64,000 nt of DNA from Antedon mediterranea (lineage: Eukaryota > Animalia > Echinodermata). Under the pieces are notes generated by a model. That model did no database searches. It saw only the letters and a list, made by a program, of their open reading frames with translations, and was not told the DNA's origin. This document shows positions 51,965 through 64,000 of the stretch, piece by piece. Each line of letters opens with the position of its first letter. Positions within the stretch are counted from its first letter, which is position 1. Made by a program: the position numbers and the translations under genes. The DNA lies in NCBI RefSeq assembly GCF_964355755.1, contig NC_092671.1, forward strand, positions 11,036,001-11,100,000, read 5' to 3'.

Positions 51965-53479
51965 TTGTAACGATGAACATAAATTGGGGATGGTTATCAG
52001 AACTTTTGATACTGTAGTGTAAAAGGTCAAGAAGATTTTAAACACAGAGCAAAATGCTGTTTAGACTATCATGTTATTACACAAATAATTACACAATCCG
52101 AATTTCCTCAGTTAAGCTGGAGGACCAGTATAACTATAAATAACTTTACAAGAATAATAGCAAAAATAACTCCAAAGAGTTAGTTTGATACCTTGATAAT
52201 AATTTGCTGTATTATGTAAATCCAGAGCTGTACGGTGAGAAAAAGGGGGAGGGGTTGATTGGCTTTAACCAATCAGATGCATTATTACACAAGAATAATA
52301 GCAAGAAAGTCACTCTAAAGAGCGAGTTTGATACCTTGATAATAATAATAATAATGTACTGTATTAATATGTAAATCCAGATCTGTACACTGAGAAGGGG
52401 AGGAATTGATGATACATTCTGAGGCTCACCTTAGCTCTAGACCCTGCACAGCTTCAGTTTTCTAGGGACAAAGAACCTTCAGCGTACAGGAATGAAACCA
52501 TGTCTTTCGAAATGAAATGTTTATATAATACTACAGTTCTGAACATTCCTATTATATACCTTGTTACGTATTTTTTATTTATATAAGATCACATTTAAAG
52601 ATTATTGTATACTTAGTGATGATGTGATCAGAAATGTTTTTATAAAGTTTATTCAAATATTACTTAACAATATTTAGCAAAAAAGTTACTAAATCATGAA
52701 GCAATAGTATGTGTATTTATAATTTTGTTTGAATCATGAAAAATATAGATTTATCAAACTGCAGAATGTTTTGCAGCAAAACACAAATCTTAAAGTGTTC
52801 ATTAATCAACTTAGCTTTACTCTAAACCTTGAAAAGTATCCACTTGCCTAAGCCATGTTGTCAGAGGAGTTTTCACATAAAATAAAATGGTACTTTGAAT
52901 GGCTTTCAAAGAGATATTTCATTTTTAGACCATTGTTAGAACGAATAACCTAGCATTTTAAGAATACCCAACTTTTATAACTGTTCTCAATATTTGATTT
53001 ATCAAAAGAACAGTAACCAAGATTATAAAGTAAAATTTGATACCTTGATTGACTTACCTGTATAAGGATATTAATTTTTTAAACCACACATTATTGAAAA
53101 ACCCAATTTTATATTAAATTTGTTATCTTATGGTTTGACGCTATTGTTTTTAAGCTAGTAGAACACTAGTATAACAGATTATAATAAAACAATGTTTTAA
53201 AACAATGTTTTAGAAAAATGTGTTGAAATTCAATTGTTGGTCTCTTGTTTACATTTTTAACTTAACTTTAACTTCTACTGTATATAGTCATGGTAATATT
53301 GAGGAACGTATTGTTGCTTGCGCTCTTCTGTTTGTTTTGAAACAGTGGTCTGTAGCATCATGGAGGAATTATTGCTTCCTCCATGGTAAAATAGAGCAGA
53401 CTTCAGCTCTATTTCACAAGCCTAGAATGTCACCCATATTCTTGGAATATGAATGAAATAAATTTTTAAAATTTCATAC

Positions 53480-53652
53480 GCATCCAATGCGAGTAACTCA
53501 CCAATGGATAAACTATTTTAATAATTTATTGTGCTTATAAATTAAGTCTCATTTGAGGCTTAGGGAGTAGAGTTGAACAAGTTGTGAGTTACAACCCTGG
53601 CACTTGGGATTGGAAGGCAACCATGTTAACCACCAAGCTACAGCTCCACTAT
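53480..53652 (-). mobile_element. tRNA-derived SINE-like remnant
   Basis: A-box-like TAGCTTGGTGG, TTCCAA loop, degenerate B box; no acceptor stem. Confidence 0.45.
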
Positions 53653-54784
53653 GGATAGCCATATATCTTTTGATATTTAGAAAAGAATAATTGAGTTCAC
53701 CAAATCTCAGAATTAAAACCAGTTTAGACTTTTATTTCTAACAGAATAGCTACAAATAAACAATAGAACTGTATTAATATATCTTTTAAATACCCATAAT
53801 ATTTTCACCTGGAAGTAATATATACATAATTTAATTAATACTATACATTGCACACCTGTAGAATCGCACACACAACTATATATAAACATTACAGAACAAT
53901 CTTAAAATATTTTATATTTGTTATATTTCTTTTTAGACGTAAATGATAATACTATCATGATAGCATACCTGAATACAAGAATAAGTGGGTGTTTAAGTCT
54001 AAAAATGTTGGCACAGGGATGAAAATTGTAATTTGTTTCAATGTTAATTACAGTAAATTATAAAAACATAAAAAGGTGGTAATGTATTTCTGGAAGACTG
54101 GAATAATTAAATAAAATCATATTGCAAAGAAATTATACTATATAAAAAATAATAATAATAATTTAGTATATTTTTTTTAATCTTCTTATTTCGTTTTTTT
54201 TTATGCTTCCGTTCATATGTAATTAAGATTGTTTTTTTTATTGTGTTCTTCTTTGTTTTATGTTTGTAAATCACAGGTTTGCCCACTGGGATTGTTGTGA
54301 TTTTTTTTTGTACCGAATAAATAAAACTTAAAAAAATAAAATAAAACTACTGTATAGTTAGGAAAGACATGTTCAACTTTGTTTCGGTGGTCTCACATTT
54401 TGGCTTACAGTAATACATAGAAGCTATTTTATTTGTCATTCACAGCTTCAGAATCTGTTTTGGCTAAGAGACAATTGTATTGTCTCAGCCACCTAATCAT
54501 AATATTGCACCACCTTTGACGCAGAATTAAGTATAATGCTAAAGACATCAAAAGTAATAAATCATATATTTTGGAAGGTGTGTGTGCTGTACATCGTAAT
54601 ATCATACAGAAGTTACAAATAACAGTTAAAACATAATAAAATTGTTGCAATAAACCTCTTTATACATTTTTCTAGTTTTTACCAAAAAAAACAACATCTA
54701 TTTATATTAAAGTAACATAATATTTACAGGAATGTTTTTAAAATCAAGCTATATCATTTTAGTCTTTTTAATTAACTATCTTTC

Positions 54785-57700
54785 TCACAACTCTGCTTGG
54801 GCCTTTGCTAAAGCCTCCATCTCAGCCTCCTGGGCCTGCATCCTATTACGGCGACTCCTTCGTTTGGCTAGTTTAGCCTGTAAGTCTTGGTCAGCCCTGG
54901 CTTTCTGCATTTCATGTGCTTTTTCAAATGATGCCATCTCAGCTTCATGCTGTTTCTTCAGATCATCAATATCACCTGAGAAATTGAATTTAATAAATAA
55001 GCTTTCTCTATTGTACTTGGTTGTGTGAGCTTTCTTTGAAGATCAGAAACATAACAAGTTGAAGTATGATAAAAAAATACTTTCTTTATGAAATACAGTA
55101 TATACTACTCAAACCCATAGGAGTTCCACAAAAGGGAAAAAAAGTTGACATAAGCAACGATAGTTAGGCAATGGATTTTTGGTTGTGTGGGCCTTCTTTG
55201 AAGTCTAGAAACAAACAAATGGTAAAATACTGTACTTTCTATATGAAATACAGTATATACTCCAATCCCTAGCCAGGATTTTTAGTCTGTGGGGGGATTT
55301 AAAAGTTCCACAAGGGGGAAAAAGGTTGACATACTGACACTGTAAGCGAAGTTAGTTAGGCTTTACGTATCTCCAGCAAAAGGAGGGTTCATTTGAACCT
55401 TCAAAGCCCTCTGGCTATGGGCTTGCTACTAAATTGATTACTTACCAAATAGGTCGCTTCCTGTGGGTGTACTAGCAAGTTCATTAACAGGGAGTGGTGT
55501 TGGTTGAGATTCATCCTGTGCCACGCCTGCCACAGCTAAATCAGTGTTCTAAAAATTTGTAAAAATCATTTGACATACTGTGAAAGTGCTGGGCTAACAG
55601 GATTTGGGTGTTAAAATGCACTGTTTTTTTTATCTTCATCTATTTTATCTCAAGTGTAATAGGGCATTTGTTGGTTAGCATAGGATATTTTGTGAGACTT
55701 TAGTATAATACAGTATATCAAATATAACTACACCCATTTTGTTTAAAAAGGGGAAAAAAATGTACCTGTTCGTTGCCATCCAATGAGACTTTATCGGCAT
55801 CCACCATCAAGGCAACCAATTCAGGTTCATCATCTTTTTCTTCTTCCACATCTATTGTAAAAAAGCATCAAACAACATTTATTTTAAATATAATTTTTCA
55901 ACTGTGTATAAATGCCATTACAAAAACTAACTTCTGAAGAATGATATCAATGTTTATAATGAATGTGTTCAGAGATAAATTAAAAATAGTTTTACACACT
56001 AATTGTATATATACACGTATAATTAATAAAGGTGTTCAGAAATAAATTAAAAATAGTTTTACACACTAATTGTATATGTACACATATAATTATAAATAGA
56101 AATTTCCAATGTTATTTTTACCTTGTGGTATTTCTATTGTGTTAGCTACATCGTCTCCCATCTTTTCTCGCACTTTTTCTTTGGTCAGTTTCAGCCGTTC
56201 CAATTTTAGTTCTCGTTGTTTAGCAGCACATTCCTTGGTTGATGTATCCAAATCATTCAAAATTGTTTTGTTTATAACCTATGGGACAAAACAGATTAAT
56301 TACAAGTTAAACAACGATTTTGTTTCTCTTTTGTATCAACCCTCATTTGCATGTATCTATGTCATTTTTTATAAGTTTTGGTTCTTATTAGATATTTGAG
56401 ATATTTCATGATAATACATTACTTATAGTAGCACACTATGATATGAAATGTACTTGTTCTATCTATAAATTCTATTGTAAATCAAAATAGAAAATACATA
56501 CATGATCAAACCATTGCACCAAAGCTGCGGATCTCCGCCATGTGACTGAGTAGCATGTGAGGGCGTGCTGATGTCTTTCTGTCGTTCTCATATCAGTAAA
56601 TATATTAGCAATTGCGTTGTTAAGAGTTTTTACTTCTTCTGTTGTGCAGTATGGGAATTTGATGTTATTCAGGTATCTCTGTGCACTTGCTATGTTTTGA
56701 GAGGCTGCAACAAGATTGTTTCGTGTCTCAGCTGCAAACTGGTAGATTATTTGACCACTCCTGTAATTAATAATAAAAAATATTTTAATTGTACTAACTT
56801 ATACATCTTTATGTTTTAAATATCAAGCAGTTTCAATAGATTTATGATATATAAATTTTCAAAGTCACTCTTATTGAAAAACATTTTGTACTATTAATAT
56901 AATAATCTTTTATATATATTATTAATTTTGTAGTATATTTTCAATAAAAATGCACAGATTCATGATAGAAATATCCAAACAAATAACAAACGCTGGAGTG
57001 TTAATTAACACAACAAACAAGAACTAAATTCTAGTTTTGAAATTCAGACTTGTTTTCAATATTGGCATCATGTATTGTTTCAAAAGACAATAAAGTATGT
57101 TCTAAAAACGGAAAATTTTGAACTTACGTTGGCGGTATCCTAGCAACATCTTGCCATCGTCTTACGGCAAATCCCAGCTGGCCACACGCATGCTGCATCA
57201 AAATCTTGGCATTAGTCCATTTATATTTAGCAACCATTACACGTTGTTTCTTCTCAAGGCTTAAGTCTAGCTCAGTTTCTAATCTATACTCTGTCTCACT
57301 GCCGTATTTGCCATCAAAGATGCTCGCTGAGGAGAATAGGAAGTGACGGTGATTGTTATTGTTGTTTGAAATGAAATAATCCTATGATATTTATAGTGAC
57401 AACTTTGTCACATCAATCACGACACTGCCATAATAAATTTATATACACAGAGCTATGTTTGTCAGATGAACACAAATCATGTGAGAGACTCATTTTCTCC
57501 TATTATTATGTATCATGTGGAAATTAAAGCAATGATACATGAATTGTCTGTTTGTCTTTTTTATAGGATGTATTGTCAGCATTAATTAAATAGCATACAA
57601 TTAAATCAGCGATAAAAAAACAAAACTTAATATATTGGGAACCAGGTGAATTAATTTAATAGCATTTTGTTCCAGTTTTAAGTCTAAAGTAGAGATTTTT

Positions 57701-59733
57701 AATCATTTTTTTTACAAATATTGTAATAAATTCTTAAAATTTCTGATACTTCAGGGATAGTATTGACTTTTTTATATGTGTGAATATTGACTATAGGATA
57801 CTTGAACTCAACCTTTTTGAATAAATAAATATTTCTCATTCATAATCACAGAAATTATACAATAGTAATTGCAAATTTAAATTTGGCACAACCTTGGGTA
57901 TGTTTTACCTGTTGCTAAGCAGCACATAAACAAATGCATTGTTGTATTAATTTACTATTCATAAACATGACATCCAGCAGTTGTTTAGTTTATTAAAATG
58001 TAACTAATTGAAAATAATTAAATTATATATGTATCAAATAAATTTTACAATTTGATAAACTAAATTTCTACAAAATAAAAAAACATCAAAACTTAAGCTC
58101 TGTCCACACTATCACACTGTATGTAAAATATGTGATGTGCCAATATATGGACATGCATATCACTACCATATTTGGGGCACATCAAATTATTTTTGTAAAA
58201 CTAGTTTGTGTAGACAGAGCTTTAGTAGTACAACCCTTCCTTTGAGACACTTCTAGGGACATATTCCTGTTAAAAACAAATAAGTGGAATATATGTTTTA
58301 ACAGTATGGCCAACAGTTATTCAGGGGATACTTTTTTGCACCAAAGATGACTCCTCTTAATATGAGTTCTTAATGATAATACATCTACAAAAATTACTTA
58401 CACAATATCGCGTCTTGCTTATCATACAACTGTTTCAATTTTGCCATCTCAGCCTTCAACTGTTCAAGTTCTTGATGCATACTGGTGAGCTGCGCATTGG
58501 TAGACTGCAGCTGTTTTCTGTGGATCTCTTGTTTATTCAATGCCGCCATGTACTCCTCTTGTTCCTTTGCCATCTGCTGTACAAACTGCATCTGTGACAT
58601 CATCTGTTTAACGCTGACATTGTTTTGAAGTGCTACAACATCCTGCTGTTCCTTCTTTCTGTGTGGACAATAAAGTAATGTTATTATTGACATTGACTGT
58701 CTGTTTTTAGATTCAAACATGCAAGCACCTATCATTTACTATTAGGCAAACAATCTAGTTCTAAAGCTCTGTTTACACAAATTAGTTTGACAAAAAAAGT
58801 CTGATGTGCCCATGGTGGTGCTATGCCAAAATATGGTGGTGATATGCCCAAATATGGTAGTGATATAACATGTCCAGTCTGTATGTGAACATCAAATGTT
58901 GTTGTCACATAACTTTGATAGTGTATACAGAGCTTAAGCAAAAAATGTTTGTCTCCCACTTTCTGTGGAAATCGAGCATTTCTGCAAAATGAACAGAAAT
59001 CACATTTCAATTACTTTAAATTTCTATTCAGAACCAGATTAATTTAATTTACTTATTGTCTGAGAATGTATGTTAAAAGTATCAGGGCGAGGTAGATTTT
59101 GGGTAAAAGTATTTGAAAAGAAGGCAACTCACGTTTGACTCTCCAATTGCTGTAATTCCGTTGTCATCCGTTGCACTTGACCGTTTAATTGTTGAACTTG
59201 ATATGTTTGAAGTTGATAACGTTTTGTAATATTGCGAGATTCTAATTGATTGATCTCTCGATCCAAATTGACTAACTGCTGTACTAGACTTTCGTTGAAC
59301 TCAACTTCCATTGGCTGAAAAACGAAAAATTATTATTATTTTAATAAATGCTTTTATTTTCATAACTTTTATAGTAGTTAGTACTGATATTTTCGTTTCT
59401 TTCTGTATAATAGTAATAAATACTGAACTTATTTTATTATTATAGGAGTACAAATTTAACTGCATTATTAAATGTAGTGCACAGTACCTTTTCATTATCA
59501 TTACTTGCTGGAGCCTGTTGTGGAGGTGGGGCCTGTTGAGGGGGTGGGGCATGTTGAGGGGGCGGGGCATGTTGAGGGGGTGGGGCATGTTGAGGGGGTT
59601 GTTTATTATAAGCGCCATTAACAGGTTGTTGTTGTTGTTGCACCGGATACACAGTTGTTGTTGTTGTTTGTGGATATGTAGTTGTTCTTGTTGTAGCTGA
59701 CTCTGCAGCTAATGATCCAGAAGCACAACCCAT
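54785..59733 (-). CDS. Uncharacterised coiled-coil protein with N-terminal MGC acylation motif and PPQ(H/Q)AP repeats, about 9 coding exons
   Basis: In-frame exon chain 59733-59488, ~59314-59133, ~58658-58401, ~57327-57128 (IFDGKYGSETEYRLETELD), 56760-56502 (AETRNNLVAASQNI..FPYCTTEEV), ~56277-56122, ~55851-55766, ~55548-55446, ~54975-54785, all with canonical splice sites. Confidence 0.85.
58765..58934. mobile_element. MITE family A, full copy
   Basis: TAA|AGCTCTGTTTACAC...GTGTATACAGAGCT|TAA. Confidence 0.85.
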
Positions 59734-62700
59734 CTGAAATTACATAAAGACCTGCAGCAATTAAATAATTTTGTGGATATCAAAATAATACTATAATATA
59801 CAAAATAAATTGTGCAGAATAAGCTAGGCCTAGGCCTAAGTTAAGTATACAAAATATAAATATATTCTTGACATCCATTCCAAAACATTTTTAATATCCT
59901 CCTGTATTAAAACAATTTTTTAAATTAAAGTAAATAAGGGTATGTACACTAAAAAAAACAGGCAGATCATTTACTGAAATACTGGCCTATGTATGTAGAA
60001 TATTTATTCTAGTACTTGTAGGCCGACGAATTCCCTTGATACAGTCCAAAGTCCTCCCTACCAACCAGCACACGGATTGTGACACGCAGCCTCTTCTTAT
60101 TTCAGGCACCCTCCTCTAGCTCCTGGCTAGCTGGGCTGTCTCCAGTCCCTTTAAATGGAGTAATGTACTCTCTTGTTTCTGGATTTTTGCCCTTTTCAAT
60201 TATACACATAAATGTTTAAAAGAAACAATGTTATTACCTATTCTTTAAAATTGTTGTCTTCCGATTAAAAACTGAATATTCAATGCTTTTACAAACTGTG
60301 CTCCAGTTCACTGTCGAAAAAAACCCGATTGAGTCTCTTCAAATCCAGCATGAGAAAATTACCATAACAATACATTACGTCACTTCTCTATAGCGACAAC
60401 CCAAACAATAAACAAGCAGACCTAATGATAACACTGCAAGTACAAATGCTTAGGTTACAACAAACAAACATTAGCGACCGATAATAATAGAGATCAGTAC
60501 AGAAAAGCTTTGTCACATATTTTATTTCAGTTAAAACATTAAAGTGTGAAAGCTGTTTTTATACTGTACAGCAGGGCCGTTCATGAATACATTGAATGAC
60601 AGCTGGAGTCTCCGATGATATTGTGATATAATAATCTTATTATTATATTAGTATTCTTGTTTTTTTTTTCATATATCAAATATAAAGATTACAGAAATAT
60701 AGTGTTACCGCCAGGTCTGAAATATTGATACACTTTAAATATAGATTTTAAAATATTAATTATTTTTATACTTTATTGAATATTGTATTGTATGGTATTC
60801 AACAAAAAAACAAAATGTCTTGATTTTCAGAACTATATACATTTATTATAAAAATGCCAAGATATTTGGTACTATACCTTCATATTAGGAATAAAAAAAT
60901 TACACTTTAGTAAAAACATTGGGCAAAAATATTATAATTGTCAAATAACAAAGTACAGTGCTTCAAATATCAACTTAATATATGATAAAATCATAAACAA
61001 TACATTTTATTATTGTGCATACAAAAATTTGCCAATTTGTTTCAAATATTATGATATGTCTCAAGTTCACTGCCATACAATCAACCAACATTTATTTTGG
61101 TTGTAAAAATGAATCATAAAATAATTTTTTTTTCCAGTCCCTTATTATACATTAAAATGTAATTTTTTTTCTATAATTAAAAACAAATTTTCTTTAATAT
61201 TTTAACTGCACCAATTTCTTTAATAGCTAAAACTGTTATTATATTTTTTAAAAAGTGTTGTCTTTATCTATGAATTAAACAGAACAACACACAGCATATG
61301 TGTAAACATATTCAATACAAATTAAACATAAATACAAATTATATTAATGCAGAGTACTGACTCAACAACAATAGATCATGTGTTTAAATGTTTACTTTAA
61401 ATGTAAGAAACAATGAAATGTTTTAATTCATACAAAAAATGTATCAATTAAAAAAAAAAAGAGGATGTACTTAGTAGAGAAGTAACTACTACAACTACAG
61501 CAAATCTTTTCTGTACCCTGCACTTCTATCCCATTGTTAAATTTTTACATCTTTTAGAATTCTGCCATGCAGCCCTACAAGAATTTAACTTGATATATTT
61601 ACATATAATACATTTTCCTGTGTCATGGCTATCATAAATATTATTTTAATTTGATGTAACCATGTTTCCTTTATATTTTATCCTTTGTATTGTAAAATAA
61701 AAGCTACTGAATAGAAAGAATAAAGACAACCTTTATCCTTTCTTACATAAAACACAAATCATGGTAACAAATATACCATGCAAAAGACTAACATGCACAT
61801 AAGTCTGTAAGTTACAGTTACAATTGTTCTGAACTTAAAAAATACATTGTCCTTTAAAGGTCAAAGTTCACAAGACCTGACTTGCAGGCAGGTACTAGGG
61901 CACTTTCGATTTGTCGTCCGTGTCGACGAATAGAGTTAGGAAGCAGTGGACGTATTCACCAATCACACTTACGTGAGATATTTCCCTTAAATATTAAGTG
62001 TTTTACTTAAATTAAAGTATTTCCTTTAAATTGTATTCTTTTAGATAGGATATTTTGTTTAATTTTAAGGGTATGTTTCCCTTAGTCCAAGTGTGAATAC
62101 GTTCACAGGTCTCACTTCCCCTTGGCTCCCTACCTATTATTAAAGCCTACACATGATTTATTTATTAAAGAAAAATAGTTTGTCTATTTCGCAGATATCT
62201 ACAAAAAAATGTTTCAAGTTGTGTATGGATTGTAATACCATCTTCATGGTAATACAAATTAACCTTTTTAATTTACTAATACAATAAAAGTAACTTATTC
62301 TTTGTTTCTGAGCTGGCCGTCTATCTTCATTTACACTACTAAATTCATCGTTCTCTTGTTTAAAACTTATAAATATGTTTAGTGAAACATAATAATCCTT
62401 CAAAAATGAAAAGTTCTTATTATAAACTAGTCAAATAACATTTCAACATAGCATTTTAATATTCTGTAAAAAGTTAAAAATCTTATTACTCACACACAAA
62501 TTTATGTCATGTTAAATTAAATTCAAACTCAAAATATTTTAATCATGAACCAAACGGGACGGGCATTGTGTTAGTCGGGCATAATATAATGGTTTGACAT
62601 AAAAACCATATTTGAAGCTGGTCATTAAAATTATGAGTAAAATATAATAATAATTTATTATAATTTTTAAAACAAATATTAAGAAAGGATTAACTGTCGG

Positions 62701-63154
62701 ACTCTTTGAGTCATAGTGGTCTAGGTCGGATCTGTTTTTATTGGTTTTTTTTGGTCAAATAATTAAATGAAATGGAAACAAAATCTTTTATGGGTATACT
62801 ATTAACCTACATTTGAGAATTTGTTTCTCAATTCAGAAATAAATTTTGCACTTTAAATATTAAAATACATTTTTTGCATGTAAATGGTAGTAGAACGGAC
62901 GTGTATACTGTGCCTCTAGTCTACTTCATAATTTAGATGTCGAGGTTGTCGTCTGACAAGTGTAGTGGTAGCCTGGAATCTGCTTTTGATTGAAGATTAC
63001 ACGGCATATTGTACCAAATTGGTACACTGTTGAAGTCAGGCCCTGCTAATGCCAACATACATTCTGTTATGGCCAGTATCTAGGGCTGAGGTAGCTTCTG
63101 CCGTTGTTGTATATTTACAAATCATACACATATATTCATATTCTAGGCGACCTA

Positions 63155-64000
63155 TCACGATGTTGTGGTCTGGGCAAGTTGGGCAAGGGCAGAGGCTGCT
63201 TCTGCTGGGGTTGTGGTAGAGTTTCTGATGACAACTTGTGTTTCTGTTGGCTCCTGCATGCCTAGAAACACAAGAAAAATATTACAGTTATATGACTTCT
63301 TCCTAATTGTATATTATTAGTGATAAAAAAAACCTTGACATTCCATTTACCACATGATTTTTGATTTGTGGATCTCTGTACAAACTGGTTTTTATTTTGG
63401 TATAACATACACATTTTGCATAAGGCAACTTTGTGAAAACTGGCTAATTAAAACTTATCACTTATATCCATTTACCTCTTAATATGTGAGCCTGTGTTTT
63501 TCTTTGTAGTTCTGTGATGGGGCAGTCCTTATGGGCCAAAAGAAGCTGCTTTAACTGGGCTATCTCATTTCTAAGAAGGGTAACTTCATTCTAAAGTTAA
63601 AAAAATAAAATGCAAGTTTTAATCAATTTATACATAATGTATAATACTGTACTTCGTCTCTGTTTCGAATCTTGATCAGGATGGCTTCTTAATCTCAAAA
63701 GATGTTATCATCTTCATCATTCATTAATTTTCAGTATATCACTGGGTGGTTTAGAGTAAGTGTGATTGAAAATTAATACTATATACATCTATACAAGGAA
63801 GTGAAAGTATCTTCATTTAAATTAAATTTCTTTTCTAAATTACTTTAGTGACATTGGACCCTGTTGGTTGTATTCCAATTTTGTTTCTGCTAAAACCACA
63901 ATAACCTGGAAAAATTCTGATACTTCAATTAACAAGCTACCTCTATTTGTGATAATGAGAATAAAATTATACCTGAAGAGAAGTGTTTGTTGTTTGAAAA
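63155..64000 (-). CDS. 3' exons of an ATF2/ATF7/CREB5-family bZIP transcription factor
   Basis: FQTTNTSLQ (to 63973) | NEVTLLRNEIAQLKQLLLAHKDCPIT (63590-63476) | GMQEPTETQVV..QTTTS* (63261-63155); LKQLLLAHKDCP is the ATF2-family zipper end; long AT-rich 3' UTR follows, probably to ~60520. Confidence 0.9.

Noticed and set aside
53560-53652. tRNA-Gly gene
   Set aside because: T-arm and acceptor stem do not form; treated as a SINE relic
8125-58934. Recurring ~130-220-bp repeats as a CRISPR-like array
   Set aside because: Dispersed, TIR-bounded, TWA-flanked MITEs in a eukaryotic genome, with no repeat-spacer pattern
63036-63260. Cys-rich alternative frame (CPCPTC..CMIC) suggesting a LITAF or zinc-finger exon
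   Set aside because: Splice phase from the upstream bZIP exon selects the other frame, which ends at 63155

Overview
AT-rich, intron-rich metazoan (invertebrate, possibly echinoderm-like; taxon is inference) genomic window; no prokaryotic features. Seven spliced genes were reconstructed by hand from GT/GC-AG boundaries and translation: VPS16 (minus, 3' end outside the window), a PDIA5-type disulfide isomerase with five WCGHC sites (plus), a RERG-like Ras GTPase (minus), SLC25A42 (minus), CALML4 (plus), an uncharacterised MGC-start coiled-coil protein (minus) and the 3' end of an ATF2/ATF7/CREB5 bZIP gene (minus). An intronless Ig-domain receptor ORF is nested antisense in VPS16 intron 3. Introns hold a nearly intact CR1/L2-group LINE, a 3.7-kb fold-back DNA element and several MITE families. 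The most unusual observations are the nested Ig receptor with an out-of-frame tyrosine-motif tail, the giant intronic palindrome, a MITE carrying a copy of a neighbouring gene's first exon, a U12 intron, a GC-AG intron, a 13-nt micro-exon, a 147-bp triplicated CRE module and TAGGCCTA clusters marking gene 5' ends (which point to one more, unannotated transcript). I found no evidence for a wholly new multi-gene system. Gene identities rest on recalled family motifs, not database searches; coordinates were counted manually and may be off by a few bases.
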